Virus record (IMG/VR): IMGVR_UViG_3300048438_000153
Location: 1-64,000 of that record
DNA: 64,000 nt
Strand: one strand, 5' to 3'
Numbering within the stretch: the first letter of the stretch is position 1; each line of letters begins with the position of its first letter. Shown here one piece after another: positions 47,001 through 56,700 of this stretch. The position numbers were made by a program, and so were the translations under genes. The notes beneath the pieces were generated by a model. It saw only the letters and a list, made by a program, of their open reading frames with translations, was not told the DNA's origin and searched no databases.

Positions 47001-50000
47001 TGATAGATCGGCCTCGTTCTTTCTAGCGAAAGCACCGTTTGCTGTGCGCGCATCATCAATTACTAAGTCTGAGTCATGACCCGCGACAACCACATCGCCA
47101 TAGAACTCGGCGCGGTTGAAACGACTTGGGAGGGAGACAGCGTTGCCGTCTCTCAAGTCGAGGCGAGAGTCCATGAGTGGGCTAGAATAGATACTAAGAC
47201 TACCTAGTGAGTCGAAGTTTCCTTTCTGCGGATGTACTCGAACAGCGTTACCCGAAACCACGCCAAGACCACCATCGAGAACAACACCTAAGCCGAACCT
47301 CTCAGGGTAGCCAAGAGACACATACCCTGACTCACCATTCTCAAAGAGTTGCTTGGTTGTACTGCTCGCTGACTCGTCAAGTCGATCTGATCTCTCTGAA
47401 GAGTAGACAGCTAGACGGGCGGGTGAGTCTCCGATGAAGTCTCCAATGCGAGTTCTTAAAGAGTCAACGAAGCTCAAGGGCTCTCTAGAAAGAGTCTCTC
47501 CCTGATAGGTCGTCTGATAAGAGGTCAAGAACGCAAGGGAAGATGTCTTTCCTCTATGATCCATATTTCGATGGACACCGAGAAGTCTTAGTCCTAGAGT
47601 AGTGTCCCTGAGCGTCTCGTCTGAATCGAAGTAATCCATCGGCGCGAGCTCAAGGCTCAGGGGCATATCTGCGTTGTGGTTATCTGAGTAACCGAGCGGA
47701 ACGATTTCTGCGGGGAAAGAATCTCGACCCAATGCTCTAGGGTTCACCTCAAGACCGTGTAAGTCTGAAGGAGCGCCTGAAGGACTGCCCCCTTGATCCA
47801 CGACGTCAAAGACCACTACGTCATGGTAGTAGTTGCCCGCGCTCCTCTTCAGCACTCTCCAACTGTGACCTAGCTTAGCTGTAGGCTTAGAAAGAAGAGA
47901 GTTCTCGTAGTAGGTAGAGCCGATCACTAACTCTGAAGGAGTGAGCGCATTAGCCCCCTGATTAGAAGCAGACTGATCAGGGTAGATAGACCTGATCTCA
48001 TCGGACTCGACACGCACCATGATGTTCGCCACGATGGTGTTAAGAGATGATCTCGTATGGGTCGTATAATCGCTCCCATAGCCATGAAGAGTATTTCTAG
48101 TACCCTGACCTGATTCAATGTCAGAAGCGTCCACAGGCATTAAGACAGGAGTGTCTATGATCTTGTAGATACCCCAGTTGTCGTCATGGTTAACATCAGA
48201 GCCGTCTGTGTGCTTATATCTCATCAGAGCGACGTAAGCATCTCTTAAAGAAGGGAGTGCCATCGTCGGTATTTCTGAAGAAGAGAACTGCGCCATATGG
48301 AAGAGCGCGCTACCGATGTCAGCCTCAGTACCGTACTGATTCGGGAAGTTAGCCGAGACTTGTCTCTCTGTGCTCCCTACAGGCTCAGAAACCTCACGCC
48401 CGAGACTCTTGGAGATACCCTTAAGATCTGCTAGGGTAAGACCCAAAGAAATCGTGGCTGTTCTACGCACAGAAACATCCGTGATTGCTCCACTCGAAAC
48501 AGGGCCGAACAATCCCGCGCCTGACGGCATATGAGCGCCCCCCTGAGACTTCAGACTGAGGTTAGTGAAACCCTGTGCTGATTTCTGAGCTTGTAGTCCT
48601 GATGTGGTCGGGCCTGTACCTGTCTGATTGTAGGGCAAGAAAGCAGAGGTCACATCGAGAGTCACGTCAGCGTTCGAGATTAAGAAATCAGTGTTGGTAG
48701 GAGGCGCATAGTCCGTGTGCATGACAAACGCGGTGTTATCGTCAGACCCCAAGATCCTCATGTTTCTGATGAACAGGTTGATATCACCTGATACACGCAG
48801 ACCTGAGTTCCCCCCGAACACCGCCGACTTATAGTCTGACTTCTTTCCTTTCTCTCTCGTAGTATGACCAATCGTACTAGAGAAAGAACCTCCTGTTCCT
48901 AAAGGCAAGCTCACATAGGAGAACACACCATGCTCAAGGAAAGTCTCGAATACTCTTAACTCATCTTCTCCGTACTGACCAACGTCCTGACCACCTCTGT
49001 AGCCTGAAGTACCAAGACCGCCTGAGACAGAAGCGAAGCTGATCCCCGCATGAGTCTGAGGAAGTCCGTTGAACAGACCCAATCGACCCCCTGAAAGAAG
49101 AGACGCGCTCTGTGTTCCGAAAGAGCCGAAGCCTCCATCAATTGCGCCCACGTCTCTGTTCTCAGAGAACTCAGAATAACCGAGCTGTGTAGGCACTGAA
49201 GCGGTGGTCAGGAGACTCCTCAAGTTGCCTTGAGTCCAAAAGAAGCTGTTGCCCCCTACAACCGAAGCTGAGATTAAGTTGCTCCCTGTCGCCTCTGTGA
49301 AAGAAGCACTGAAGCTCTGCTCGCTCACATGGGCAAAGACAGGCTGATAGTAAGAAAGCCCACTGAAGCCCCCGTACTGTCCGTTCACCGCTTTAAGAGA
49401 AGCCTGATACTCGTACTTACCTACCGAGCTCTGAGAGCGCCATGTTACTTTCGCCTTAGCGATTCTCGGAGTTCCCGAAACACTTGCGTTCAAGTAGATG
49501 TCGTCACCTAGCTCGATCACGTTAGGTGAGTAGAGGTCGCGAGAGAAATACTCTGAAGACACAGAGACAATCATGTCTTCATATCCCGTGTGGAACTCGC
49601 TCATCAAGGGCTTAAAGAAGCTAGACCTTTCTCTTTTGTTAACAGAGAAAGTACAGACTAAACCGAGATAAGTGCTCTCCTGAACGTCTGTTGACGTAGG
49701 GTATACATAGTCACGAGATACCCATGTGTAAAGCCCTAGCTCCTCCTCATTGAGATCATCTTCTGAACTGAAGCCGAAGTGTGGATTGTCGAGCCAATGG
49801 TCTTGAGCCAAGAAATCGAAAGATTCTCCCACGTTCTTTTGACCGCCTGTCGCGTCTAAGAAAGGTAGGAGGTCAAAGTATCCAGTGCCGTCGTTAGTGT
49901 AGTAGTCAGGGGCGATCCTGTTTCTGATCGGGCTTCCTGAGTCTCTTTCGTTTCCGTCATAGATCCCATCTAAGAGTCTTAAATAGAGCGATGGCTGAGG

Positions 50001-53000
50001 GTAGCTACTGTATGACTGACTATAGATTTTTCTAGATGACCCAACACAAGGTCCGACAGGCAAGAACCCATTTCTATCGAAACCAAGCTCAGTTGTATTC
50101 CCCTCTGCTTGAGCACTTACACTCTTAACTTCAGCAGTCGCAGTATCAGGGAGTGTTTCTGACTCCCAATATAAGCCTATTCGGTTGTAGTCTTTATGAT
50201 CTTGACCCTCAAATATAATGTCGTAAACAGTCGATCCTGTCGCTTGCTCTGCTCTACCTAAAGAGGCTATGACGTTAATAAGTTGGTTCTCAGTTTTACT
50301 TGCCTCGTCTTTGAGATTGTCTCCTGAAATACCCCCCTCAATGAAAGGGATTTTCCCACACCCACGCCCTGTGCAGATCAACTCTATTGTGACATCTGTC
50401 CACAGAGCCGAGCCGTTGTTGGAGTGTCTAGGGTCATCATTAGTGACCCAAAGAACTTGTCGTTCACCATAAACAGTGTGATTTCCGTAGGCATCAATCT
50501 TAGCTTGGAGAGTAGGGTTTAGGGTCACATCCCCTGTGCCGTTGTCATACTCCTGATGGAAGCCCTCATAGAAGCCCGCTCTGTTGAGCAAGCGCGCAGA
50601 GTGTCCGAAGTAAAGGTCTTCGTTTAGAGACTCGCATATCGCTTTTGCCACGTCGAGAGTCTTAGAGAAATCACCGCTCATATCAACTAAAGAGTGAGGG
50701 AAGTCCGTCTCCGCTACAGAAACAGCTACAGTCACCCATTTACCCCCACCGACCTCCTCAAGAGAAAGAAGATATCTATGAGAGGGGAGTTTCGCTAGGT
50801 CACTAAAGTTACCCTCAGAAAGACTTTCTACGATAAAAGGAAGGTTCGCAGTAGATAAATAAGAGTATGAGGGAAAAACACTTGGACTCCGCCCTGAGAT
50901 CATGATCTGACTTGTGCTAGAGGCGTAGAAATAGTCTCTTACTGTGGGGTAAGTATCTGTGTAAGTGTTCTTGAGCGCGGTATTAAGCGCAGTAGAGAGC
51001 TCAATGTCTGTTTGAGCTGACCCTGTGTCATTCCTATAAGCGAGGAACTTACTCTGCCAAGGGTTAGATGGCGTATTCGCTGAGTCAAGACCTACGATGA
51101 TCCTCGCACCGTTCGTGAAAGAAACTACTTTCTTAGAAAGAACGGATGCGCCCTCCACGTTAAGGTAGAAGCCCGTATAGTCAGGCACTTCATCGCCAAG
51201 ATTCTCAAAGGCGCTCGCATCAAGAGTGATCATGTGCGAGTCGTTCGTGATCTCATCCTGATCTGTGTTACTCGTAGAAAGAAATACGACAGGCGCGACG
51301 GTCATTTGATCAGCAGGGAGCTCAGTTACATTAGAGGCGACAAGATCACCTCTCTTAAGCTCAAGACCTACTTCGTACCTACTCGAATCTATAGTCCACT
51401 TTCGTGTGTTAGAGTCATAGATGAGAGTGCTCTCGTCTGTCCTCAGACCGCTGATGGAAAGAGAAATACTTCCGTCAGGGTTGTAAGAAAGACCTCCGTC
51501 ATTGAAAGTGATAGACTCACTTCTAGCAGAGCGCCCTACTAGCGCGGATTGCTTGAAAGAAAGACGACCATGACGACTGAATCTGAACGTGGTCGTAGAC
51601 TCGATCTTCATTCCGTAGAAGGTCGAGTCAAAATCTACTTTCACATTGTCGAGCTTGATCCCATTGTTGAGGGTCGAGACGCCCCTGTAGATAAATCCTA
51701 AAGTCTTAGTCGTCTCAGGGAAAGCGAACGTGTCGAGGATATCCGCTTCGATACGCCCTGTGTGTGGGACTTGATCGACAGAAAGAGAAGGGATAAAGAT
51801 CGAGTTTGTTCCATCCCAAAAGATCGAGTGATCCACAGTGCTGATATCGAGAAGATCGTCAGACGCCATAATCTGAGGGATCTTAGGGAGTAGGTACGCG
51901 CCTTTCTCCATACCCTCGTCTAGTGTGGTGAGCCTCATACCGAAGCTCGCCTCTTGAGAGAGCGCAACACAAGAAATGAAGAGCACAGTTTTGCCACTCG
52001 GATTGGTGGCGTGAGACGTGATACTCAAGTCCTGACTATATGCGCTCTTGAGGTAGACGGTAGCCCCCTCATAATCGACGTCATAGAGGTCGGGAGAAAG
52101 AGGGTTCTCATAGTCAGCTACAAGAGAGTTTGTGTCTGCACTAATCTTAGTGGGGTAGACAACAACGCCAAAGCCAAGATCAAGGAGGTTGGAGGGCTCT
52201 GCACCACTCCAAGAGGAGCTACCGCCCCGACCAAGAGACGACTCACTAAGAGTGATCGCTTCGTTGTTGCTCGTAAGTGAAGGCGAGATAAGAGCCTTGA
52301 CGCGCGCTGACTCAATCTCCACTTTCTGAGCCACCGCGCTAGAAAGTAAGTCACTCACCGTGTTGTGGAGAGTGAACGTCACACTCACGTCGAAAGCATA
52401 GCTCGCATCCCAAGTGACCTTGCCCGTTGAGAGGTTCTGCTCGCTCACTCTTCTTAACGTGATCGTGTAGGGAGCACCGCCACCTACAATGCTGATGATC
52501 TCATAGAAACCATAGAAAGAGTTTACTTGCTCTGTAGTGAGCTCGCTACCGCCACTGACAGACGTAATTCTCAAGCACTTTCCGACGAGGAAAGACGTGC
52601 CGTATGAAGTGATAGCCTGAGCTCCCTGTGACGGAGCAGAAGAGCCTTCAGGGTAGATAGAGACTTTAAACTCACTAGCACTAGTCGGAGTGCCTACAAG
52701 ATTACCGACTAGTTTGCTCTCAGAATGAGTCAGCTCTGTAGGTACTGCGGTCTTGTTTTTAAGTCCATAGTTAGAGGCTGTCCCTGACGTAGCCTCTGTG
52801 TGGAAGTCTCCTACTTTCCAATTAGAAAGAGGAGGCTCGAAGTCCAATGAGGCAGATGTTTCAGGTGGCATCACAAAGAAAGTAGTCCCCCCACTCTGAG
52901 GAGCTTCAAGCATACGAGATGCTTTCTTTCTAAGGAACATGACCCCCACTACATCTCCCCCTGAGTCGAACCAATCTGAAAGAGGAGTGCGACTAGAAAG

Positions 53001-53648
53001 AGTGATCTCGGTTGAGGTCATAGACTCAACCCTGAAGATTTGATCTTGAGCGCGGTGGATATCGTCTCTAGCCACATAAGTTGGGGGAGTCCAAGTGCTC
53101 GCCCATTTCTCATAAGAGTTACTTACATAGTTGACTACAACATAGAGCCCACCGTGATCCGCCTCTAAGTCCTCAAGAGAGATCACTTCAGGGCTATCAG
53201 AAGCCTGTCCGATTCCGTACTCGGTGAGGATAGTCTTAGTGGCATGGTTGATCGTGAGCGTGTTTCCTGTATTGTCGAGAGTCCACGTCCAATCGACGAG
53301 CGGAGACTTGAGGGTAGCTCCTAGCACCTCGAAAGAAATCGGAGAGCCTAGCGAGGGCGCTCCCTTAACACCTATTCTATTGGTATTCTCGGTGTAAGGG
53401 ATGAAGTCAATATCCCCTACACCCACCTGACCTAGACCTGTCCTGATAGTTAACTCTGAACTAGTGTCTGTCGCGTCCTCTACTCGGTACTCACTAGCCC
53501 ATGAGCCGTTGAGTCGAGAAAGACCTGTTTTTACCTCTTCAGCTCTAATGACTCGATCCCTTGAGAAGCTCTCAGAAGAAGTGTCATTTGTGGCTTGGAT
53601 TCCTTGAGCAGATTTCTTTAGGCGATCAAGATCATTCGTAGAAGCCAT
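41034..53648 (-). CDS. Giant (4204 aa) probable tail/baseplate or fibre protein
   Basis: Uninterrupted 12.6-kb ORF, S/G/T/D/Y-rich, within the baseplate operon; AAGGA SD. No catalytic motif recognised. Confidence 0.75.
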   Translation of the reverse strand: MASTNDLDRLKKSAQGIQATNDTSSESFSRDRVIRAEEVKTGLSRLNGSWASEYRVEDATDTSSELTIRTGLGQVGVGDIDFIPYTENTNRIGVKGAPSLGSPISFEVLGATLKSPLVDWTWTLDNTGNTLTINHATKTILTEYGIGQASDSPEVISLEDLEADHGGLYVVVNYVSNSYEKWASTWTPPTYVARDDIHRAQDQIFRVESMTSTEITLSSRTPLSDWFDSGGDVVGVMFLRKKASRMLEAPQSGGTTFFVMPPETSASLDFEPPLSNWKVGDFHTEATSGTASNYGLKNKTAVPTELTHSESKLVGNLVGTPTSASEFKVSIYPEGSSAPSQGAQAITSYGTSFLVGKCLRITSVSGGSELTTEQVNSFYGFYEIISIVGGGAPYTITLRRVSEQNLSTGKVTWDASYAFDVSVTFTLHNTVSDLLSSAVAQKVEIESARVKALISPSLTSNNEAITLSESSLGRGGSSSWSGAEPSNLLDLGFGVVVYPTKISADTNSLVADYENPLSPDLYDVDYEGATVYLKSAYSQDLSITSHATNPSGKTVLFISCVALSQEASFGMRLTTLDEGMEKGAYLLPKIPQIMASDDLLDISTVDHSIFWDGTNSIFIPSLSVDQVPHTGRIEADILDTFAFPETTKTLGFIYRGVSTLNNGIKLDNVKVDFDSTFYGMKIESTTTFRFSRHGRLSFKQSALVGRSARSESITFNDGGLSYNPDGSISLSISGLRTDESTLIYDSNTRKWTIDSSRYEVGLELKRGDLVASNVTELPADQMTVAPVVFLSTSNTDQDEITNDSHMITLDASAFENLGDEVPDYTGFYLNVEGASVLSKKVVSFTNGARIIVGLDSANTPSNPWQSKFLAYRNDTGSAQTDIELSTALNTALKNTYTDTYPTVRDYFYASSTSQIMISGRSPSVFPSYSYLSTANLPFIVESLSEGNFSDLAKLPSHRYLLSLEEVGGGKWVTVAVSVAETDFPHSLVDMSGDFSKTLDVAKAICESLNEDLYFGHSARLLNRAGFYEGFHQEYDNGTGDVTLNPTLQAKIDAYGNHTVYGERQVLWVTNDDPRHSNNGSALWTDVTIELICTGRGCGKIPFIEGGISGDNLKDEASKTENQLINVIASLGRAEQATGSTVYDIIFEGQDHKDYNRIGLYWESETLPDTATAEVKSVSAQAEGNTTELGFDRNGFLPVGPCVGSSRKIYSQSYSSYPQPSLYLRLLDGIYDGNERDSGSPIRNRIAPDYYTNDGTGYFDLLPFLDATGGQKNVGESFDFLAQDHWLDNPHFGFSSEDDLNEEELGLYTWVSRDYVYPTSTDVQESTYLGLVCTFSVNKRERSSFFKPLMSEFHTGYEDMIVSVSSEYFSRDLYSPNVIELGDDIYLNASVSGTPRIAKAKVTWRSQSSVGKYEYQASLKAVNGQYGGFSGLSYYQPVFAHVSEQSFSASFTEATGSNLISASVVGGNSFFWTQGNLRSLLTTASVPTQLGYSEFSENRDVGAIDGGFGSFGTQSASLLSGGRLGLFNGLPQTHAGISFASVSGGLGTSGYRGGQDVGQYGEDELRVFETFLEHGVFSYVSLPLGTGGSFSSTIGHTTREKGKKSDYKSAVFGGNSGLRVSGDINLFIRNMRILGSDDNTAFVMHTDYAPPTNTDFLISNADVTLDVTSAFLPYNQTGTGPTTSGLQAQKSAQGFTNLSLKSQGGAHMPSGAGLFGPVSSGAITDVSVRRTATISLGLTLADLKGISKSLGREVSEPVGSTERQVSANFPNQYGTEADIGSALFHMAQFSSSEIPTMALPSLRDAYVALMRYKHTDGSDVNHDDNWGIYKIIDTPVLMPVDASDIESGQGTRNTLHGYGSDYTTHTRSSLNTIVANIMVRVESDEIRSIYPDQSASNQGANALTPSELVIGSTYYENSLLSKPTAKLGHSWRVLKRSAGNYYHDVVVFDVVDQGGSPSGAPSDLHGLEVNPRALGRDSFPAEIVPLGYSDNHNADMPLSLELAPMDYFDSDETLRDTTLGLRLLGVHRNMDHRGKTSSLAFLTSYQTTYQGETLSREPLSFVDSLRTRIGDFIGDSPARLAVYSSERSDRLDESASSTTKQLFENGESGYVSLGYPERFGLGVVLDGGLGVVSGNAVRVHPQKGNFDSLGSLSIYSSPLMDSRLDLRDGNAVSLPSRFNRAEFYGDVVVAGHDSDLVIDDARTANGAFARKNEADLSASTTKSYQSRLLSFGERWSAFGAWNGGNNSQGYIALIQDSIPNSYGTGSLPSYFLSAPPPPLPSDTILPWSKTGIRVKTGGTVVYERAFRPQDATGADIVASMAKGAKSDRGLRGLEIPTYGECMLLPKGPSTLGGRVFERANSFTEELTSIGYGSKTKIRTGISPTDLPLYEFYNGPSRFAYGGNFAVTLGNVMQEHGVFERETASSRYFPVSHSPKTNSGGGISDRVDEFDAGILSQAYHHSRSNESVTWGGQSVLFENPSDTRTIYVYAYYNSSSANSDEGFAVFYLDYNKRKVFVEIDTATYGATATAPIEQKTDPVGNGRPFVKAANSANLPTGGGTWNAGGAFDLPLYVDRFYVVTGANVADTGTPDLSVLFFRLASIDTALYGFSLGFSTTYSSSTPYLDLYPDVQSALSQADDNRYVNKIDYPVGLPDWGVNNTYDYDFNLTQNDLISEGLSATQRSDILESPDDPMTSNMQVRLLDGMILEDVTTGTFYTVGDVGRYRGWHSHLKPISQPGDVVKYAHNNLYFSDYDELDSNPNLSFSRAPIRKMTAGSAIGNNGNTSPEIFYDLSGDFDYEQDCLDRNDASSQKNGFGDVSDNGYVRRPLVGHKFRVVPNVEFVPVLGHRSVKGGIAVPFDKATSYTTYIEEADAIFYDRDYSFLESDIGRKIYVCGTYEYAYVGWYVIIDIQKDYLVNPYTGISSANLDLFDVAVVRKIKRSGEYIRDWKSGDGSVLPMRSRNMVLGACLDASSNGKRIYLDDAEKDYDVHVADPFFPVSSEFSESFLASYSGTTVSGRADQNLVGYEPTSPLWMGVNLWAEDGSNRFFGVVADHSVLDPVTSLINEGSTDLLVRFLNDNNNFNGVRIGSSLKAYNQANSATYTGWGSYADAKWIKWKVKYAVPDYNARFPVLGSKGFVVCGITCEIDTSLLTKLQRKNVVNRGCFLQVDLQFHPQIDSTTHLSTDKTTLSHDRESRGFFRLSGVNSNISVAWADKNSYYPNQYEGYSTNASLSAFNYDVYVLDQNDPTYVMTPRTFDLADETLYTKSQSASGGIRWVFSAPLLEENVGSYVHLTKPRPYRFGQPTYTQNERLQNELPSTYVNPFAWASGWQRKKDLENNDPFDLGTDIFRVNRCPSTGDILLGGDCESYSVEDIICRTRGGFTQKGIEVSYAPLSVMGNWPDSETNELPDTGSLNFPILYALQPVARERIVTIKPSSANSSVVMAHGQYGVAPMVVPASPLALETTGAINTRFTDPLNFIQEHGSGFLIVDDDPTTVPGDDVPSVSIASTLDSGWGSDYVFGERIMMDVSRPWLLMGRENASQSYRYFGTVTTIGNTNPKTGNPFVHASKNGGQLAWNPHTEGGNTESKRSYDKYSDVSDTMINAIYTWSPSGEWWQIQTPLYIGFKSAFIDETTPPPTLRIDLTDSFTQSSSVGSGINSPYLGRTPKGSRLTRMWINFGLNGDFADLPGSLFDTNSKEHYNSVASGRYDNLDNTVTRTERISQAEDPSDYEFYKRKATNSAMTFNLVVEIPGSIGNSEDTFFMDRSDNSTDDWSDLMDQEYSFSSIGGGNGSAFGGRAPTSSYNHSSNSTRYSIVDGVSALRGKPRFSGGTIIVPLYVNREAGDLMPNVMERFVTVGPVRFKRDGGAVSDWSVGDAYTGFGAKGNTVSSFQYPESLSATGTVNGHLRSTASENHIYSDFDVNSFSPIVWGGQNFYSSETTLTNWKGLGANINLPDLATFEDIRSASVLASPMPRSSRTSGGVLSSFSSGLFSDTGMFSPENTNYELALHHSASTGITIAHPSISLETFINEEDFQGGNFGTTDANSLRQSPKSSPHSFTIALTPVGDAFEAPSSAITMPKLSGGSLYADTLYTDISGRQFASLGRYGRSLEVSRGTDPKDRRFKVGNWLDKILDYYGIPSQSGSMLPVGARVYLEATVPWPSRPFGGLTSFSNNGAWISSVKCAFEVETADGTAWTLDVNTMGED

Positions 53649-53714
53649 AGGTGATTTCCTTCGCTTAATATTTTACATGAACCATGCAATGAAGGGTGGT
53701 TGATTAAAGAACAA

Positions 53715-56700
53715 TCAGAGGAACACAACCTCGTCCTCATCGAAGTTCTTTCCGTTAGACATCCTTAAGACATCTATACCCACGAGCCCTCTCCTTTCTC
53801 GGAATGGCGTGTTTGTAGCCATCGCACTCGGGCTGTGACCAAAGAACAAAGAGCCATCTGTTCCCTTTGTATTATAAGGGAATACGACCTTCACAAGCAC
53901 AGGACACTCACCTTCAGAGTTAGTGAAGAAAGAAGCATTACCGCCCACCTCGATTTCAAGATCAGTGAAGTAAAGAGCCTCTTCTTTTAACACACCTTCT
54001 TGATGAGAAATGAGACATCCCGCGCCATCCTGATTGATGTGCTGTTTGCTAGGTCCTTCTCCATCGTTCCTACCTACGTCCATCCAAGTGGTAAGGCCGG
54101 GCACTTTAGCGTAAATCTCAACGCCCCTGTCATCAGCCACAGGTACATTCCCCAAGTACCTGAAGTTCTCAAACTCAAGGCCAACAAGTCTGAGCTTAAA
54201 TCGACTCGTACCTACCATGCTCTCGGGAGCGCCTGACTGTGAGAAAGAAACATCAAAGACTCGAACGAAAGAAAAGTCTCTTTCAACGAAGGCAGAAGGG
54301 GTTGCTATGTCGTAGTTCGGCTGACCGTAATACTTAGAGGTGATCCCCGCCGTGTACGCACCTAGATGATAGATATTATCCCAATCTGCGCTGTAGCTCG
54401 CGTTAGGTACGAAAGAAGTGTCTAAGTAGTTGTCTAATGGGCGAGTTAAGACTCCTCTTCGTGGCTGTCCGTACTTACCTCCACTCAAGACGCTATCTGC
54501 GACAATCGGTAAGCCCCTCACTTGCGCGTTGCCTTCAACACCTTGAGATCCTGAGTAAGCCGACCACTCCCAATGGTAGTTATTTCTGAGGTAGCCCGCG
54601 CTCCCATGCTTGGCGTTAGCGCCTGTGTCAGAGGTCGCTCCGTCATCTCGCACAGAAAGAGAAATAGGGTTGAACCCTAGAGGCAGACCTCCGCCAATAA
54701 GATTATTCTCTGACGTGATGTCCGTAAACCTGTAGTCAAGCCTGTAGGACTCGTCTAGGAATCGCTCTTGAGTATCTTTCCTAGCCGTTAAGATACTACT
54801 ATGAGGCTTTCTTCTCATAGGAACAACCGACTCGTCATAGGCAGAGAGGTTGATGATCGTATCTATCTGCCCCTTACCGATCCCATGAACCGCAGTGATC
54901 CCTGTATCAGTCTCTAAGAAGTTGCCGTAAGTGGGCGCTGAACCTGTTGGGTAAACCTCATGAAGATTGAAAGTGTTTACGTCGAAAGCAACAGGTAAGA
55001 AAGTATTAAAGGTCAGAGCCCCTGTGTGAGTCACTAGACCCACGCTGTCTACCGCAAACTCTGAGACACCGAAGTCAGTTCCAAAAGAGAGCCTGTCCCA
55101 TTGAGTCATGTTAGGTGTGACAGTGTTCTGAGCTGTCGTTGCGCCCCCGAGCGTCCATGTCGCTAAGTCTTGACCGTTTGCTGTCGCTTCTTCCTCTGTA
55201 GAAATCACTACCAAGAAAATAGGTTGAGGCGCGGTCAGTCTCTTAGCATAAAGCTCAGACCCATACTCAATGTAGTATTTCTCACTCTCTACTGCTAAGA
55301 AAGAACCTGAAATCTCAGGGGAAGCCCCATTCGTGGAGTTCGAGTTAGCCCTGTAAATAGGGTACGGCACAGTCGGGTGAGAGGAGTTCGCTTCCTCAAT
55401 TTCTGTTGACCCTGTGAGAGTCAAGGTCTGATATACTCTGAAGCCCTCTTGGTCATACCTGAACACCGAGAAATAGTAGTCGGATTGCTGATATCCCGCA
55501 GGATAGTAGAAAGTAACGTATGCAGTCTTAGTGGGCGCTGATTCAATGAGAGAGTAAAGCCTAGATGAATGGTAGAGCAACTTCCTAGAAGCACTGAGTT
55601 CATCTCCACCCGCCTGATTAGGTAGTACAGTCTTAGAGGTCGCGAGTCCATCGTAGTGGTATGTGGGGTCTTTCACATAAAGACCTGTCAGCGCGCCCTC
55701 AGAGAAAGAACAAAAGCCATTGTCACCTTCAGGGTAAATGAGCAGATCAATCTTCCCTGTATCGCTCACAATATTTGTGCTCAAGTTTGTATTACTCTGA
55801 TCAGGTGTCACCATGATGTGCTGTGTATTTACGCCCAACTGAGACAGGTCTGTTGTGTAAGCCGTGACCTGATCTCCCCCTGTAAGACTCGCGATGGAAA
55901 TCTCGTAGATGTTGAACGGCTCTTTGAACTTCCTGACCGACGCGCTCTCTTCAGCTTCAAGGTAATGTGGGTACTCATAGTCGCCTGTGATCGTGAGGAG
56001 CGCGAGAGACTTGAGGTAGAAAGCGAGTCGGTTTCTTTTCTCAGGCTGATTGACGACGTTTTGGTACTTAAGAGGAACGCTCCCCTTCGGTACAAGATAC
56101 TTGACTCCCGAGATCACAGTGAAATACCCCTGTGAGGGGAGCAGAGGGTCAACTCCTCCTAGAAAATCAGGGTAGAAACCTTGAAGCGAGAGAGTGTCAT
56201 GATGCCAATAGTCAGTGCTTCTCGTTAAGACTCTGACATTGGGGCGTACAAGAGAGTTAGAAACAGATGCTGTGGAGGGCTCGATCTGTGGGACGCCTGT
56301 CTCAGAAAACCCGTCCGAATCTACTGCGATGTTGTCTACGTTCTCCGCTTCAAGGGCGTTGAGGAAGTTGACACTCCACAGCTCATCTTCTGAAGGCTGA
56401 ATGCCGTCTCTGACAAGGTTCTCGAAAGCGTCTTCAGTCTTGAAATGGACGAGCGCATACGAACCCTTAGATCGACCTGTATCACTCAAAGAAGGGTCTA
56501 AGAGTGAGTAGTCTACGACGTGTCTAAACCGCGCCACTTGGAAAGTATAATGATCCTCTCCAAAGGTCACATAGTTGCCCGCCGTAGTGAACGGAGTCGA
56601 GGTAGACGCAGGCTGTACGACAGAGAAGAACCTCTCTCTTTCTGAAGTAGGTGTAGTTAACCCACTCGGCTCATATGTCGAGAGCATAGGAAGCCTGTAA